Positions 1-10,523 of a stretch of DNA of 64,000 nucleotides are shown here, piece by piece. The notes beneath the pieces were generated by a model. That model was not told the DNA's origin and did no database searches. It worked only from the letters and a program-made list of their open reading frames with translations. The stretch is from Myxococcota bacterium (GTDB taxonomy: Bacteria > Myxococcota_A > UBA9160 > PR03). Each line of letters begins with the position of its first letter. Positions within the stretch are counted from its first letter, which is position 1. The position numbers and the translations under genes are program-made. The stretch is taken from contig DATJPY010000103.1 in assembly GCA_035506135.1 (NCBI GenBank), positions 3,448 through 67,447 on the forward strand, given 5' to 3'.

Positions 1-1965
1 GCGCTCGATGTCGCACAGAAGGGAAATGCGCCGTCGTCGGTGGTCGAGCGCGTTCGAGCCACGATCGCGTCGATCGACGCGGTGAAGCCGCTCGTCGAGC
101 AGCGGCGAGCGCGACTCCTCGTCCTCGAGGACGGCGTGAGTCGCTCGATGCAGGCGTGCGACGATGCGCTGGGTCGCATCCACGACGCGCGACGCGAGGC
201 GGTCGAGCGCATCTTCAGCGCCCACGAGCCGCCTCTCTGGAAGGCCGGAAATCTCTCGGGCGAGGCGCGCACGGAAGTGTCGCGCGCACGGCTCCTGCTC
301 GGAACGGGCCTCGACATCCTCAGCGTTTATTTCAGCGAGTACCGGGCGGGCGTCGCGCTCTCGGGGCTGCTCGTGCTCGTGCTGATCGGCGTGATGAGGC
401 GGGCGCGCTCCGAGGCGGCGAGCGTGGCAGAGCGCGACGCGTTCTTCGCGTCGGCCGCGCTGGTCTTCGAGACGCCCATCTCTGCTGCGTTTCTGCTCGG
501 CTTCGTGATCTCGCGGCCCCTGCGGCCACACCCGCCCGTGATGCTCCTGCAGCTGAACCTCGCAATCGGGATGGTCGCCGCCGTCGTTCTGCTGCGGCGC
601 TTCCTCGGTCCGGGGCTTCGGCGGGCCGCCTATGGCCTCACCGCTCTCTTCCTGCTGGACCTGACGAGCCAGACACTCGCCACGATCTCGCCGGCGCTCG
701 AGCAGGTGGTGTCGCTGGTCGAGAAGGGCGCGACGGCCGCGCTCCTCGTCGGGGTCGCCGCGCTGCTGCGGGATCCGGCGATCGTCCCCTCGTGGTCCCC
801 TCGGTCCCGCGCCACGACACGGATCGCACTCTATCTCTTCGCGCTCGCCTGTCTGACCGCCGCGGGAGCCGCCATGTTCGGCTATGTCGACTTCGCCGAC
901 TTCCTCGGCGGCGGCGCGCTGTACCTCGTCTATGCCGCCTTCGTGCTGCTCGCCTTCCGGCTTGCGGCCAATGGCCTCGTTGCGATCGCCCTGGTGAAGC
1001 AGCCGCTCGCCCGGCTCCACGCACTGGCGCGTCACCGCACCCTGGTCGAGCGCCGCATCGAGAGCTTGCTCGACCTGCTTGTGGTCGGGCTCTGGGTGTG
1101 GACCGCGCTCTACCGATTCGAGTTGCTCGGGTGGGCGAGCGAGGCGGTCGACCGCACGCTCGGCGCGAGGCTCCACGTCGGCGATCTCGACCTTGCGATC
1201 GGCCGACTGCTCGGCTTCGCCGCCGTCCTGGTCGCCGCCTACCTCGTCACCCGCGTCGTCGTCTTCCTGCTGGAGGAGGACGTCTACTCGCGCATGGAGC
1301 TGCCGCGCGGGGTGCCCTACGCGCTCTCGACCCTCACGCGCTATGCGCTGCTCCTCGCCGGGTTCCTCGTCGCGCTCGGGACGCTCGGCCTCGACCTCAC
1401 CAAGGTCACCGTGCTCGTGAGCGCGTTCGGTATCGGGATCGGGTTCGGCCTCCAGCAGATCATCAGCAACTTCGTGTCTGGACTGATCCTGCTCTTCGAG
1501 CGGCCGGTGCAGGTCGGCGACTCGGTGCAGCTCGGGGACCTCGGCGGCCAGGTCACGCGCATCGGCATCCGCTCGAGCACGGTGCTGACGCCCGAGGGCG
1601 CCGAGGTCATCGTGCCCAACTCGAAGATGATCGAGGACCGCGTCACCAACTGGACGCTCTCGGACCGCCGGCGCCGCGTCGACCTCGAGGTCGGCGTGGA
1701 GTTCGACGCCGACTCGGAGCGGATCCTCGGCCTGCTCGTCGAGGTGGCCCGCCGCGACCCCCGCGTCAGCGCCGACCGCGAGCCCGAGGCCCTCCTCGCG
1801 AAGTTCGGCGAGAAGTCGGCCGAGTTCCACCTGCGGGTCTGGACCAGCGAGCCGAACTGGATGCGGCTCCGCAGCGACCTCGGCGTCGCCGTCCAGCGGG
1901 CGCTGCGCGCGCTGCGCGAGGAATCCGCCGGCGCGGCCGGCGAGGGTGGCTCGATCCAGGCTTGA
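1..1965 (+). CDS. Mechanosensitive ion channel, MscS/MscK-type; 5' end cut by the window edge
   Basis: The frame is open from nt 1, with no stop before the GTG at 40. Several TM helices precede the MscS core LILLFERPVQVGDSVQLGD..GQVTRIGIRSSTV..PNSKMIEDRVTNWT. Stop TGA at 1963-1965. Confidence 0.85.
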   Translation, partial: ALDVAQKGNAPSSVVERVRATIASIDAVKPLVEQRRARLLVLEDGVSRSMQACDDALGRIHDARREAVERIFSAHEPPLWKAGNLSGEARTEVSRARLLLGTGLDILSVYFSEYRAGVALSGLLVLVLIGVMRRARSEAASVAERDAFFASAALVFETPISAAFLLGFVISRPLRPHPPVMLLQLNLAIGMVAAVVLLRRFLGPGLRRAAYGLTALFLLDLTSQTLATISPALEQVVSLVEKGATAALLVGVAALLRDPAIVPSWSPRSRATTRIALYLFALACLTAAGAAMFGYVDFADFLGGGALYLVYAAFVLLAFRLAANGLVAIALVKQPLARLHALARHRTLVERRIESLLDLLVVGLWVWTALYRFELLGWASEAVDRTLGARLHVGDLDLAIGRLLGFAAVLVAAYLVTRVVVFLLEEDVYSRMELPRGVPYALSTLTRYALLLAGFLVALGTLGLDLTKVTVLVSAFGIGIGFGLQQIISNFVSGLILLFERPVQVGDSVQLGDLGGQVTRIGIRSSTVLTPEGAEVIVPNSKMIEDRVTNWTLSDRRRRVDLEVGVEFDADSERILGLLVEVARRDPRVSADREPEALLAKFGEKSAEFHLRVWTSEPNWMRLRSDLGVAVQRALRALREESAGAAGEGGSIQA

Positions 1966-1990
1966 ACCGGCGCCGGGCCTCCGCAATAAT
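1962..1990 (+). promoter_or_regulatory. sigma70-type promoter: TTGAAC, 17 nt spacer, AATAAT
   Basis: TTGAAC at 1962-1967 and AATAAT at 1985-1990 with an exact 17 nt spacer. It lies in a local AT-rich island 56 nt upstream of the ATG at 2046. Confidence 0.5.
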
Positions 1991-2003
1991 GAAACACGTT
2001 TCA
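1990..2003. promoter_or_regulatory. Perfect 14-bp palindrome TGAAACACGTTTCA; candidate TetR-family (KstR/PsrA-class) operator
   Basis: Arms TGAAAC and GTTTCA are separated by a 2 nt spacer. It fits both TnnAACnnGTTnnA and (G/C)AAAC-N2-4-GTTT(G/C). It abuts the -10 element and the expected TSS of the ACAD operon. Confidence 0.55.
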
Positions 2004-2045
2004 ATCTCGAGCGGAGCCCGCCCCCCCCGATGCCCCCTGCGTCCG

Positions 2046-3209
2046 ATGAAACTTGACTTCACGGCCGAGCAGCGCGCGCTCCGCAAGGAGATCCGGAGCT
2101 ACTACCGCGAGCTGCTGACGCCCGAGGTGCGCGCCGCCTTCGACGCCGAGCGCGAGGACATGGGCGGCCCGCTCTACCGCGAGCTGGTCGGCCGCATGGG
2201 GCGCGACGGCTGGCTCGGCATCGGTTGGCCGCGCGAGTGGGGCGGCCAGGGCCGCGGTCCGATCGAGCAGTTCATCTTCTGGGACGAGACCTACCGCGCG
2301 CGCGCGCCGCTGCCCGTGATCATGGTGAACACCATCGGCCCGACCCTGATGCGCTTCGGCACCGAGGCGCAGAAGCGCGAGATCCTTCCGAGGATCCTGC
2401 GCGGTGAGCTGCACTTCGCGATCGGCTACACCGAGCCCGGCGCGGGGACCGACCTCGCCTCGCTCGCCACCCGCGCGGTCGTGGAAGGGGAGCACTGGCG
2501 GATCGACGGCCAGAAGATCTTCACCACCCATGCGCACGACGCCGACTACGTCTGGCTCGCCGCGCGCACCGACCCGGGCGCGCCCAAGCACAAGGGCATC
2601 TCGATCATCCTGGTGCCGACCGACGCCCCGGGCTTCTCGGTGACGCCGATCCGCACCCTCGGCGGGGAGCGCACCAACGCCACCTACTTCGCCGACGTCC
2701 GGGTGCCGCTGGCCAACACCGTCGGCCCCGTGCACGGCGGCTGGACCCTCATCACGGCGCAGCTCAACCACGAGCGCGTGGCGCTCGCCACCCCCGGCCT
2801 CGCCGACCGGCTGCTCGACGAGGTGTGGAGCTACGCCGTCGCGACCGGGGCGATCGGCGAGGCGTGGGTCCAGATCAACCTCGCGCGCGTCTACGCCAAG
2901 CTCGACGCGCTGAAGCTCCTCAACTGGCGCTCGGCGTGGTCGCTCGAGACCGGCAACCCGCATCCGGCCGAGGCGTCGGCGGTGAAGGTGATGGGCAGCG
3001 AGTTCTTCGTCGAGTGCTACCGCCTGCTGCTCGAGATCGCGGGCGCCGCCGGCGTGGTGCTGTCCGGCGAGCCGGGCGCGCTCTTCGGTGGGCTGCTCGA
3101 GCAGGCGTATCGCGGCGCCGTCACGCTCACGTTCGGCGGCGGTGTGAACGAGGTTCAGCGCGACATCATCGCGATGGCGGGGCTCGGGCTGCCCCGGGCG
3201 AGGCGTTAG
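2046..3209 (+). CDS. Acyl-CoA dehydrogenase (FadE-type; candidate catalytic subunit)
   Basis: Internal ATG in the 156..3209 frame. N-terminus MKLDFTAEQRALRKEIR. ACAD motifs GYTEPGAGTDLASL, WRIDGQKIFTT and C-terminal FGGGVNEVQRDIIA, which carries the catalytic Glu context. Confidence 0.9.
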   Translation: MKLDFTAEQRALRKEIRSYYRELLTPEVRAAFDAEREDMGGPLYRELVGRMGRDGWLGIGWPREWGGQGRGPIEQFIFWDETYRARAPLPVIMVNTIGPTLMRFGTEAQKREILPRILRGELHFAIGYTEPGAGTDLASLATRAVVEGEHWRIDGQKIFTTHAHDADYVWLAARTDPGAPKHKGISIILVPTDAPGFSVTPIRTLGGERTNATYFADVRVPLANTVGPVHGGWTLITAQLNHERVALATPGLADRLLDEVWSYAVATGAIGEAWVQINLARVYAKLDALKLLNWRSAWSLETGNPHPAEASAVKVMGSEFFVECYRLLLEIAGAAGVVLSGEPGALFGGLLEQAYRGAVTLTFGGGVNEVQRDIIAMAGLGLPRARR

Positions 3210-4196
3210 ATGGACAAGCGCGAGCTCGAGGCGAAGCTCCGCGCCTTCGTCGGCCAGCCGACGGGTCCCCCGTTTACGGGGCCGGAGCTCGTCAACGAGG
3301 CGATGATCCACCACTGGTGCGACGCGATGGGCGATCGCAACCCCGTGTATCGGGATGCCGACGCGGCGAAGCGGTCTGCGCACGGTGGCGTCGTCGCGCC
3401 GCCCACCATGATGCAGGTCTGGATCATGCGCGGCGTCGAGATGGCGGCGCCGCAGGCCACCTCGACCGACGGCCAGATCCAGCTCGGCCGGCTCCTGGTC
3501 GAGGCGGGCTACCCGTCGGTGGTGGCGACCAACTGCGAGCAGGAGTACGAGCGCTACCTGCGCCCCGGCGACCAGATCGTCGCGACCACCGTGTTCGAGT
3601 CGATCTCGGACGAGAAGACCACGGGGCTCGGGACGGGCTATTTCATCGACACGCGCACGACCTTCCGCGACCAGCACGGCGAGCAGGTCGGGTGGATGAC
3701 GTTCCGGATCCTGCGCTTCAAGCCGAATGCTCCACCGCCGGCTGCCTCTGCCGGCACGGCCGTGCCCGCCAAGCCGCGCCGGCTTCGCCCGCCGCTCGGA
3801 CACGACAACGCGTGGTGGTGGGAGGGCATCGAGAAGGGCGAGCTGCGCATCCAGCGCTGCAAGTCCTGCGGGACGCTCCGCCATCCGCCGCGCCCGATGT
3901 GCGGCCGCTGCCAGTCGATCGAGTGGGACTGGCTCTTGTCGAAGGGCGCCGGCTCCGTCTACAGCTACGTCGTGCTGCACCACCCGCCGATCCCCGGCTA
4001 CGACTTTCCGCTGCCGGTCGCGCTGATCGAGCTCGACGAGGGCACGCGGCTGGTGGCGAACGTCATCGGCTGCAAGCCGGCCGAGGTGCACATCGGCATG
4101 CGCGTGCAGGCGCACATCGAGAGCGCGGACGACGAGCTCTCGCTTCCGTTCTTCCGGCCGGTCGAGGCCGCCCGGCCCGGTCCGGCGGAGAGGTAG
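3210..4196 (+). CDS. Fusion of MaoC-N-type hotdog domain with DUF35 Zn-ribbon/OB-fold domain (ChsH2-like)
   Basis: The ATG follows the previous stop directly. The N-terminal half is hotdog-like (NEAMIHHWCDAMGDRNPVY). The C-terminal half has CKSCG..CGRCQS plus the OB-fold region VALIELDEGTRLVANV..VHIGMRV. Confidence 0.85.
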   Translation: MDKRELEAKLRAFVGQPTGPPFTGPELVNEAMIHHWCDAMGDRNPVYRDADAAKRSAHGGVVAPPTMMQVWIMRGVEMAAPQATSTDGQIQLGRLLVEAGYPSVVATNCEQEYERYLRPGDQIVATTVFESISDEKTTGLGTGYFIDTRTTFRDQHGEQVGWMTFRILRFKPNAPPPAASAGTAVPAKPRRLRPPLGHDNAWWWEGIEKGELRIQRCKSCGTLRHPPRPMCGRCQSIEWDWLLSKGAGSVYSYVVLHHPPIPGYDFPLPVALIELDEGTRLVANVIGCKPAEVHIGMRVQAHIESADDELSLPFFRPVEAARPGPAER

Positions 4197-4198
4197 CG

Positions 4199-5374
4199 AT
4201 GGACTTCGACCTCTCCGAGGAGCAGCGGTCGCTCGGTGAGCTGGCGCGCGGGATCTTCGAGCGCGAGGTGACGAAGGAGCGCCTGCGCGAGCTCGAGGCG
4301 AGCGGCGAGTGCGTCGACGACCGGCTGTGGGCGAAGCTCGCCGAGGCGAACCTGCTCGGCCTCGCGGTGCCCGAGGCGCACGGCGGCATGGGCTTCGGGC
4401 TCCTCGAGCTCTGCGTGCTGCTGCAGGAGGTCGGCCGCGCGCTGGCGCCGGTGCCGGTGCTCCCGGCGCTCGTGCTCGCGGGGCTGCCGCTCGCGCGCTT
4501 CGGAACCGATGCGCAGCGGCGCGCCTGGCTGGCGCCGCTGGCGGCCGGGGAGGCGATGCTGAGTGCCGCGATCGCCGATCCGGCGGGGAGCGTCCGGGCG
4601 CGCCGCGAAGGATCCGGCTGGGTTCTCGACGGCGCGAAGCGCCTCGTCTCCGCCGCGGGCCGCACGCGGCGCATCCTGGTGCCGGCGTCGACGGCGGATG
4701 GCGCGGGCATCTTCCTGCTCGATCCCGGGGCGGCCGGCGTCTCGCTCGAGGGGAGCCGGACGCGGGTACGCGGGCCGCTCTTCGCGCTCCGGCTCGCCGG
4801 CGTGCGCGTCGCCGAGGCCGACCTCCTGGGCGGCGATGCGGCCGGTGGCGAGCGCGCGCTGCGCTGGATCCGGGATTGTGCGCTCGCGGCCGTGGCATCG
4901 ACGCAGGTCGGTGTCTCCGAGCGCGCACTCGAGATCACGGCGGGGCATCTGCGCGAGCGCGTTCAGTTCGGCGCCCCGATCGGCTCCTTCCCGGCCGTGC
5001 AGCAGCGCGCCGCCGACTGCTGGATCGATCTGGCGGCGATGCGCTGGACGGCGTGGCGCGCCGCGTGGCGCATCGCGGAAGGGCTGCCCGCCGGGCGCGA
5101 GACGCTGGTCGCGAAGGTCTGGGCGGCCGAGGGCGGCTCGCGCATCGCGAATGCCGCGCAGCATCTGCACGGAGGCCTGGGCGTGGACGTCGACTATCCG
5201 ATCCACCGCTACTTCCTCTGGTCCAAGTCGCTGGAGCTCGAGCTCGGCGGCGCGGCGCCGCTCCTGGCCGAGCTCGGCCGCGACATGGCGGCGAGCGGTC
5301 CGGCGGAGATCGCCGGGCCCGCGAGCATCCCCGGTGCGCCCGCTGGGGCCAGGAGCGGGGAGGCTCGCGCGTGA
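4199..5374 (+). CDS. Acyl-CoA dehydrogenase family protein (second, beta-type subunit candidate)
   Basis: ATG at 4199, 2 nt after the previous stop. N-terminus MDFDLSEEQRSLGELARGIFE. ACAD fold; the C-terminal region LELELGGAAPLL lacks the usual YEGT-E-type catalytic context. Confidence 0.85.
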   Translation: MDFDLSEEQRSLGELARGIFEREVTKERLRELEASGECVDDRLWAKLAEANLLGLAVPEAHGGMGFGLLELCVLLQEVGRALAPVPVLPALVLAGLPLARFGTDAQRRAWLAPLAAGEAMLSAAIADPAGSVRARREGSGWVLDGAKRLVSAAGRTRRILVPASTADGAGIFLLDPGAAGVSLEGSRTRVRGPLFALRLAGVRVAEADLLGGDAAGGERALRWIRDCALAAVASTQVGVSERALEITAGHLRERVQFGAPIGSFPAVQQRAADCWIDLAAMRWTAWRAAWRIAEGLPAGRETLVAKVWAAEGGSRIANAAQHLHGGLGVDVDYPIHRYFLWSKSLELELGGAAPLLAELGRDMAASGPAEIAGPASIPGAPAGARSGEARA

Positions 5375-5790
5375 GCGTCCGCTTCGAGTCGGTCTCGGTG
5401 GGCGACGCGCTGCCCGAGCTCTCGATCCCCATCACGGCGACGCTGGTGGTCGGCGGCGCGCTCGCGTCGCGCGACTTCACGCCGGTGCACCACGATCGTG
5501 CCGCCGCGCAGGCGCAGGGCATGTCCGACGTCTTCATGAACATCCTGACGACGAACGGGCTGGTCGGTCGCTACGTCACCGATTGGGCGGGTCCCGACGC
5601 GACGCTGCGAAACGTCGCGATCAAGCTCGGCGCTCCGAACCTGCCCGGCGACACCATGAAGATGATGGGAGCCGTCCGCAGCAAGGACGAGCCGTCGGGC
5701 GAGGTGGTGGTCGAGATCACCGGCCGGAACGGCTGGGGCAACCACGTGACCGGCACGGTGCGGCTCGCGCTGCCGAGGAGCGATCGATGA
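5371..5790 (+). CDS. MaoC-like (R)-hydratase hotdog protein (ChsH1-like)
   Basis: The GTG start overlaps the previous TGA (GTGA at 5371-5374). Contains SRDFTPVHHDRAAAQAQGMSDVFMNILTTNGLVGRYVTDW. Confidence 0.85.
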   Translation: MSVRFESVSVGDALPELSIPITATLVVGGALASRDFTPVHHDRAAAQAQGMSDVFMNILTTNGLVGRYVTDWAGPDATLRNVAIKLGAPNLPGDTMKMMGAVRSKDEPSGEVVVEITGRNGWGNHVTGTVRLALPRSDR

Positions 5791-6959
5791 CGAGCCCGCT
5801 CAAGGACCGCGCCGCGATCGTCGGTATCGGGCAGACCGAGTTCTCCAAGAGCTCCGGCCGCTCGGAGCTGCAGCTCGCGTGCGAGGCCGTGCGCGCGGCG
5901 CTCGACGACGCCGGGCTGCGGCCCTCCGACGTCGACGGCATGACGTCCTTCACGATGGACACCAGCGACGAGATCGAGGTGGCGCGCGCGGTCGGCATCG
6001 GCGATCTCACCTTCTACAGCCGCGTGCCGCACGGGGGCGGCGCGGCGATCGGCGTGATCCAGCAGGCGGTGATGGCGGTGGCGACGGGCGTGGCCGAGAC
6101 CGTGGTCGTGTACCGCGCCTTCAACGAGCGCTCCGGGCGCCGCTACTCGATCGGCGTCGCCGACACGCTCGTCACCGCCGACGCGATCCACTGGAGCTGG
6201 TACATGCCCTTCGGGCTGCTCACGCCCGCCTCCTGGGTCGCGATGTACACGCAGCGCTACATGCACGAGTACGGCTGCAAGAGCACCGATCTGGCCCAAG
6301 TGGCGGTGTCGACCCGCAAGCACGCGGTCAACAACCCGGCGGCGTTCTTCTACGGCAAGCCGCTCACCGTGGAGGAGCACCAGGCCTCGCGCCTGATCGT
6401 CGACCCGCTGCGTCTCTTCGACTGCTGCCAGGAGAGCGACGGCGGCTGCGCGCAGGTGGTGACGACGGTCGAGCGTGCGCGCGACCTGCGCGCGCGCGCC
6501 GCCGTGGTGCGCGGAGTCGGCCAGGCCGCCGGGGCCGAGCAGGAGAACATGACGAGCTTCTACCGGCCGAGCATCTCGCACCTCCCGGAGATGGACCTGG
6601 TCGCCAAGCAGGTCTACGCGATGTCCGGGCTCCGCCCGTCCGACGTCGACGCGGCGATCATCTACGACGCCTTCACCCCGGTCGTGATGTGGCAGCTCGA
6701 GTCGTTCGGCTTCTGCGGTCGCGGCGAGGCCAAGGACTTCGTCGCCGACGGCAACCTCGAGGTCGGCGGGCGGCTCCCCTGCAACACGCACGGGGGCCAG
6801 CTCTCGGAGGCCTACATCCACGGCATGAACGGGGTGAACGAGGGCGTCCGCCTGATCCGGGGCACCTCGCTCAATCAGCCCGCGAAGAACGACCACGTGC
6901 TGGTGACCGCCGGCGTCGGCGTCCCCACCAGCGGCATGATCCTTGGAAAGCTCGACTAG
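5787..6959 (+). CDS. SCP-x/Ltp-type thiolase-fold protein lacking the nucleophile Cys (Ltp2-like candidate aldol-lyase)
   Basis: ATGA overlap at 5787-5790. Contains AAIVGIGQTEFSKSSGRSELQL and a C-terminal NTHGGQLSEAYIHGMNG. The expected nucleophile segment reads GGGAAIGVIQQA, with Ile where the paralog at 13008 has Cys. Confidence 0.85.
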   Translation: MTSPLKDRAAIVGIGQTEFSKSSGRSELQLACEAVRAALDDAGLRPSDVDGMTSFTMDTSDEIEVARAVGIGDLTFYSRVPHGGGAAIGVIQQAVMAVATGVAETVVVYRAFNERSGRRYSIGVADTLVTADAIHWSWYMPFGLLTPASWVAMYTQRYMHEYGCKSTDLAQVAVSTRKHAVNNPAAFFYGKPLTVEEHQASRLIVDPLRLFDCCQESDGGCAQVVTTVERARDLRARAAVVRGVGQAAGAEQENMTSFYRPSISHLPEMDLVAKQVYAMSGLRPSDVDAAIIYDAFTPVVMWQLESFGFCGRGEAKDFVADGNLEVGGRLPCNTHGGQLSEAYIHGMNGVNEGVRLIRGTSLNQPAKNDHVLVTAGVGVPTSGMILGKLD

Positions 6960-8150
<1,191 letters not shown>

Positions 8151-8213
8151 TGATCTCGCGCCGGCCGGAGGAACCGGCCGCCCAACACGGTCAAGGTGAG
8201 TAGGAGGTGCTCG

Positions 8214-9125
8214 ATGGTGCTCGACGGGAAGGTGGCGGTGGTCACGGGCGGGGCGACGGGGCTCGGGCGCTGCCACGCGCTCGAGCTGGCGCGGCAGGGA
8301 GCGCGCGTCGTGGTCAACGACCTCGGCGCGAAGGCCGACGGCAGCGGCCGCGACGAGAGCGCCGCGCGCGCGGTCTGCGACGAGATCGAGTCGCTCGGCG
8401 GCGAGGCGGTGCCGCACTTCGGCGACGCCGCGGATTGGAACACCTCGAAGGGGATGTTCGAGACCGCGGTCGAGCACTTCGGCGACGTCAACGTCGTGGT
8501 GTGCAACGCCGGCTTCATCCGCGACGCGATCCTCTTCAACATGACCGAGAAGGACTTCGACGACGTCGTGCGCGTGCACCTGAAGGGGCACTTCTGCACG
8601 ATCCGCCACGCGACGGCGTACTGGCGCGAGCGCGCGAAGGCGGGCGGCGCCGTCTACGGCCGGCTCATCGCGACGTCGTCGGAGTCGGCCTTCTTCGCCC
8701 CGCCCGGGCAGCCCAACTACTCGGCGGCCAAGGCCGGCATCATCGCGATCACGATGGGCGCGGCGCAGCTCATGCAGAAGTACGGCGTCACGGCCAACGT
8801 CATCATGCCCCGCGCGCGCACGCGCATGAACGAGGCGGGGCCGCTCGCGGCGCTCTTCAAGAAGCCGGAGGCCGGCTTCGACACCTTCGCGCCGGAGAAC
8901 GTGTCGCCGCTGGTCGGCTGGCTGGCGTCGCCGCTCGCGGCGCGCGTCTCGGGCCACGTGTTCGTGGTGTGGGCGAAGGACGTGACCGTCGTCTCGCGCC
9001 CGACGCTCGAGCAGAAGTTCCAGAGCGACGCGCGCTGGACGGTCGAGTCGCTGCAGACCGCGCTCGGACCCCACTTCGAGAAGCTCGAGCCGGTGAAGGA
9101 CGGATACACGGTTCCGGCGATGTGA
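8214..9125 (+). CDS. Short-chain dehydrogenase, MFE-2/Hsd4A-type 3-hydroxyacyl-CoA dehydrogenase
   Basis: ATG at 8214 lies 7 nt after TAGGAGG; the ORF track starts at GTG 8196. Contains GKVAVVTGGATGLGRCHALELARQGARVVVNDLG, NAGFIRD and NYSAAKAG. Confidence 0.88.
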   Translation: MVLDGKVAVVTGGATGLGRCHALELARQGARVVVNDLGAKADGSGRDESAARAVCDEIESLGGEAVPHFGDAADWNTSKGMFETAVEHFGDVNVVVCNAGFIRDAILFNMTEKDFDDVVRVHLKGHFCTIRHATAYWRERAKAGGAVYGRLIATSSESAFFAPPGQPNYSAAKAGIIAITMGAAQLMQKYGVTANVIMPRARTRMNEAGPLAALFKKPEAGFDTFAPENVSPLVGWLASPLAARVSGHVFVVWAKDVTVVSRPTLEQKFQSDARWTVESLQTALGPHFEKLEPVKDGYTVPAM

Positions 9126-9128
9126 TCC

Positions 9129-9149
9129 CCGCGCCGCGATGAGGCGCGG
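9129..9149 (+). terminator. Hairpin after the SDR gene: CCGCGCC, 7 nt loop, GGCGCGG
   Basis: Perfect 7-bp GC stem 4 nt after the stop. No clear U-tract. Confidence 0.3.
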
Positions 9150-9203
9150 TCGGCGCATCCGCTCTATGCTCGCGGTGTCCCGCGCGCCCTCGAGGAGCAC
9201 GCC

Positions 9204-9866
9204 GTGAGCTCCGCCCATCGAGCCTACGTTCCCGCCGCCGGTCGCGACTTCCTGCTTCCGTTCTATGACCCGCTCTGCCGCCTGATCGGCACCGCCGCGC
9301 TGCACGACGAGCTGATCGGGGAGGCCCACCTCGAGCCGGGGCAGCGCGTCCTCGACGTGGGCTGCGGCACGGGCACGCTCGCGGTGCGGCTGCGCGCCGC
9401 ACATCCGGATGTCGAGGTCGTCGGGCTCGATCCGGACCCGAAGGCGCTCGCGATCGCGGGGCGCAAGGCCGAGCGGGCCGGCGTCGCGGTGCGCTTCGAG
9501 CAGGGCTACGGCGATGCCCTCCCCTTCGGCGACGCCGCCTTTGATCGCGCCACCTCGTCGCTCATGTTCCATCACCTCGAACTCGCCACCCGGCGCGGGA
9601 TGCTGCGCGAGATCCTGCGCGTGCTGCGCCCGGGCGGGTCGATGCACCTGCTCGACTTCGGCCACGGCGGAGAGCGGCGATCGGATGGACTCCTCGCCCG
9701 CCTCCTCCACAGCGTCGAGCACCTGCGCGAGAACAGCGACGAGCGGGTGGCGGGGATGCTCGCCGAGGCCGGCTTCGAGGGCGTGGAGCGCGTGGCCGAC
9801 CGGCGCACGCTCTTCGGGCGGGTCGCCTTCCACCGCGCGCGCAGGCCCGGCGAGTCGGGCGCCTAG
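9204..9866 (+). CDS. Class I SAM-dependent methyltransferase
   Basis: Motif I VLDVGCGTGTLAV; post-I and motif II region LRPGGSMHLLDF. Confidence 0.85.
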   Translation: MSSAHRAYVPAAGRDFLLPFYDPLCRLIGTAALHDELIGEAHLEPGQRVLDVGCGTGTLAVRLRAAHPDVEVVGLDPDPKALAIAGRKAERAGVAVRFEQGYGDALPFGDAAFDRATSSLMFHHLELATRRGMLREILRVLRPGGSMHLLDFGHGGERRSDGLLARLLHSVEHLRENSDERVAGMLAEAGFEGVERVADRRTLFGRVAFHRARRPGESGA

Positions 9867-10477
9867 CGCTCGGAGCCGGTGACGCTGAGGTCGAGGTCCC
9901 GCAGCAGGCCGTCGCGCAGATCGTAGATCCAGCCGTGGACGACGAGCGGCCGGCCGAGCCGCCACGCGGCCTGGACGACGTCGGTCTCGCACACGGAGCG
10001 GACCTGCGCAGCGACGTTGAGCTCGCAGAGGCGCCGCCACTGGGCCTGCTGGTCGGGCAGTCGATCCAGCTCCGCCTGGTGCGCCTTGCGCACCCGGCGG
10101 ATGTGCTCGATCCAGTCGTCGAGCGGCGGCTTCACGGGGCCGCCGAACGCCGCCTGCACGCCGCCGCAGCCGTAGTGCCCGCACACGATCACGTGCGAGA
10201 CGCCGAGCGTCTCGACGGCGTACTGCAGCACCGAGCGCGCGTTCGGATCCTCGGGCGGTACGACGTTGCCGACGTTGCGATGCACGAACAGCTCGCCCGG
10301 CGCCATTCCGACGATCTGGTTGGCGGGGACCCGGCTGTCGGCGCAGCCGATCCAGAGATAGGCGGGCGACTGGATCTCGCAGAGTCGGGCGAAGAAGGCC
10401 GGGTCCTCGGCGAGGCACTTCGCCGCCCAGGCCCGATTGTTGGCGAACAGGTGGGGGAGCTGCCGCATCGCCCACAC
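9863..10477 (-). CDS. Beta-class carbonic anhydrase
   Basis: Contains CADSRVPANQI, FVHRNVGNVV and VCGHYGCGGV. Its stop shares the CTAG at 9863-9866 with the convergent methyltransferase. Confidence 0.9.
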   Translation of the reverse strand: MWAMRQLPHLFANNRAWAAKCLAEDPAFFARLCEIQSPAYLWIGCADSRVPANQIVGMAPGELFVHRNVGNVVPPEDPNARSVLQYAVETLGVSHVIVCGHYGCGGVQAAFGGPVKPPLDDWIEHIRRVRKAHQAELDRLPDQQAQWRRLCELNVAAQVRSVCETDVVQAAWRLGRPLVVHGWIYDLRDGLLRDLDLSVTGSER

Positions 10478-10523
10478 GGTACCCCATCGCGCGCGCCCGC
10501 GGCCCTCGATGCGCGCCCGGGTC

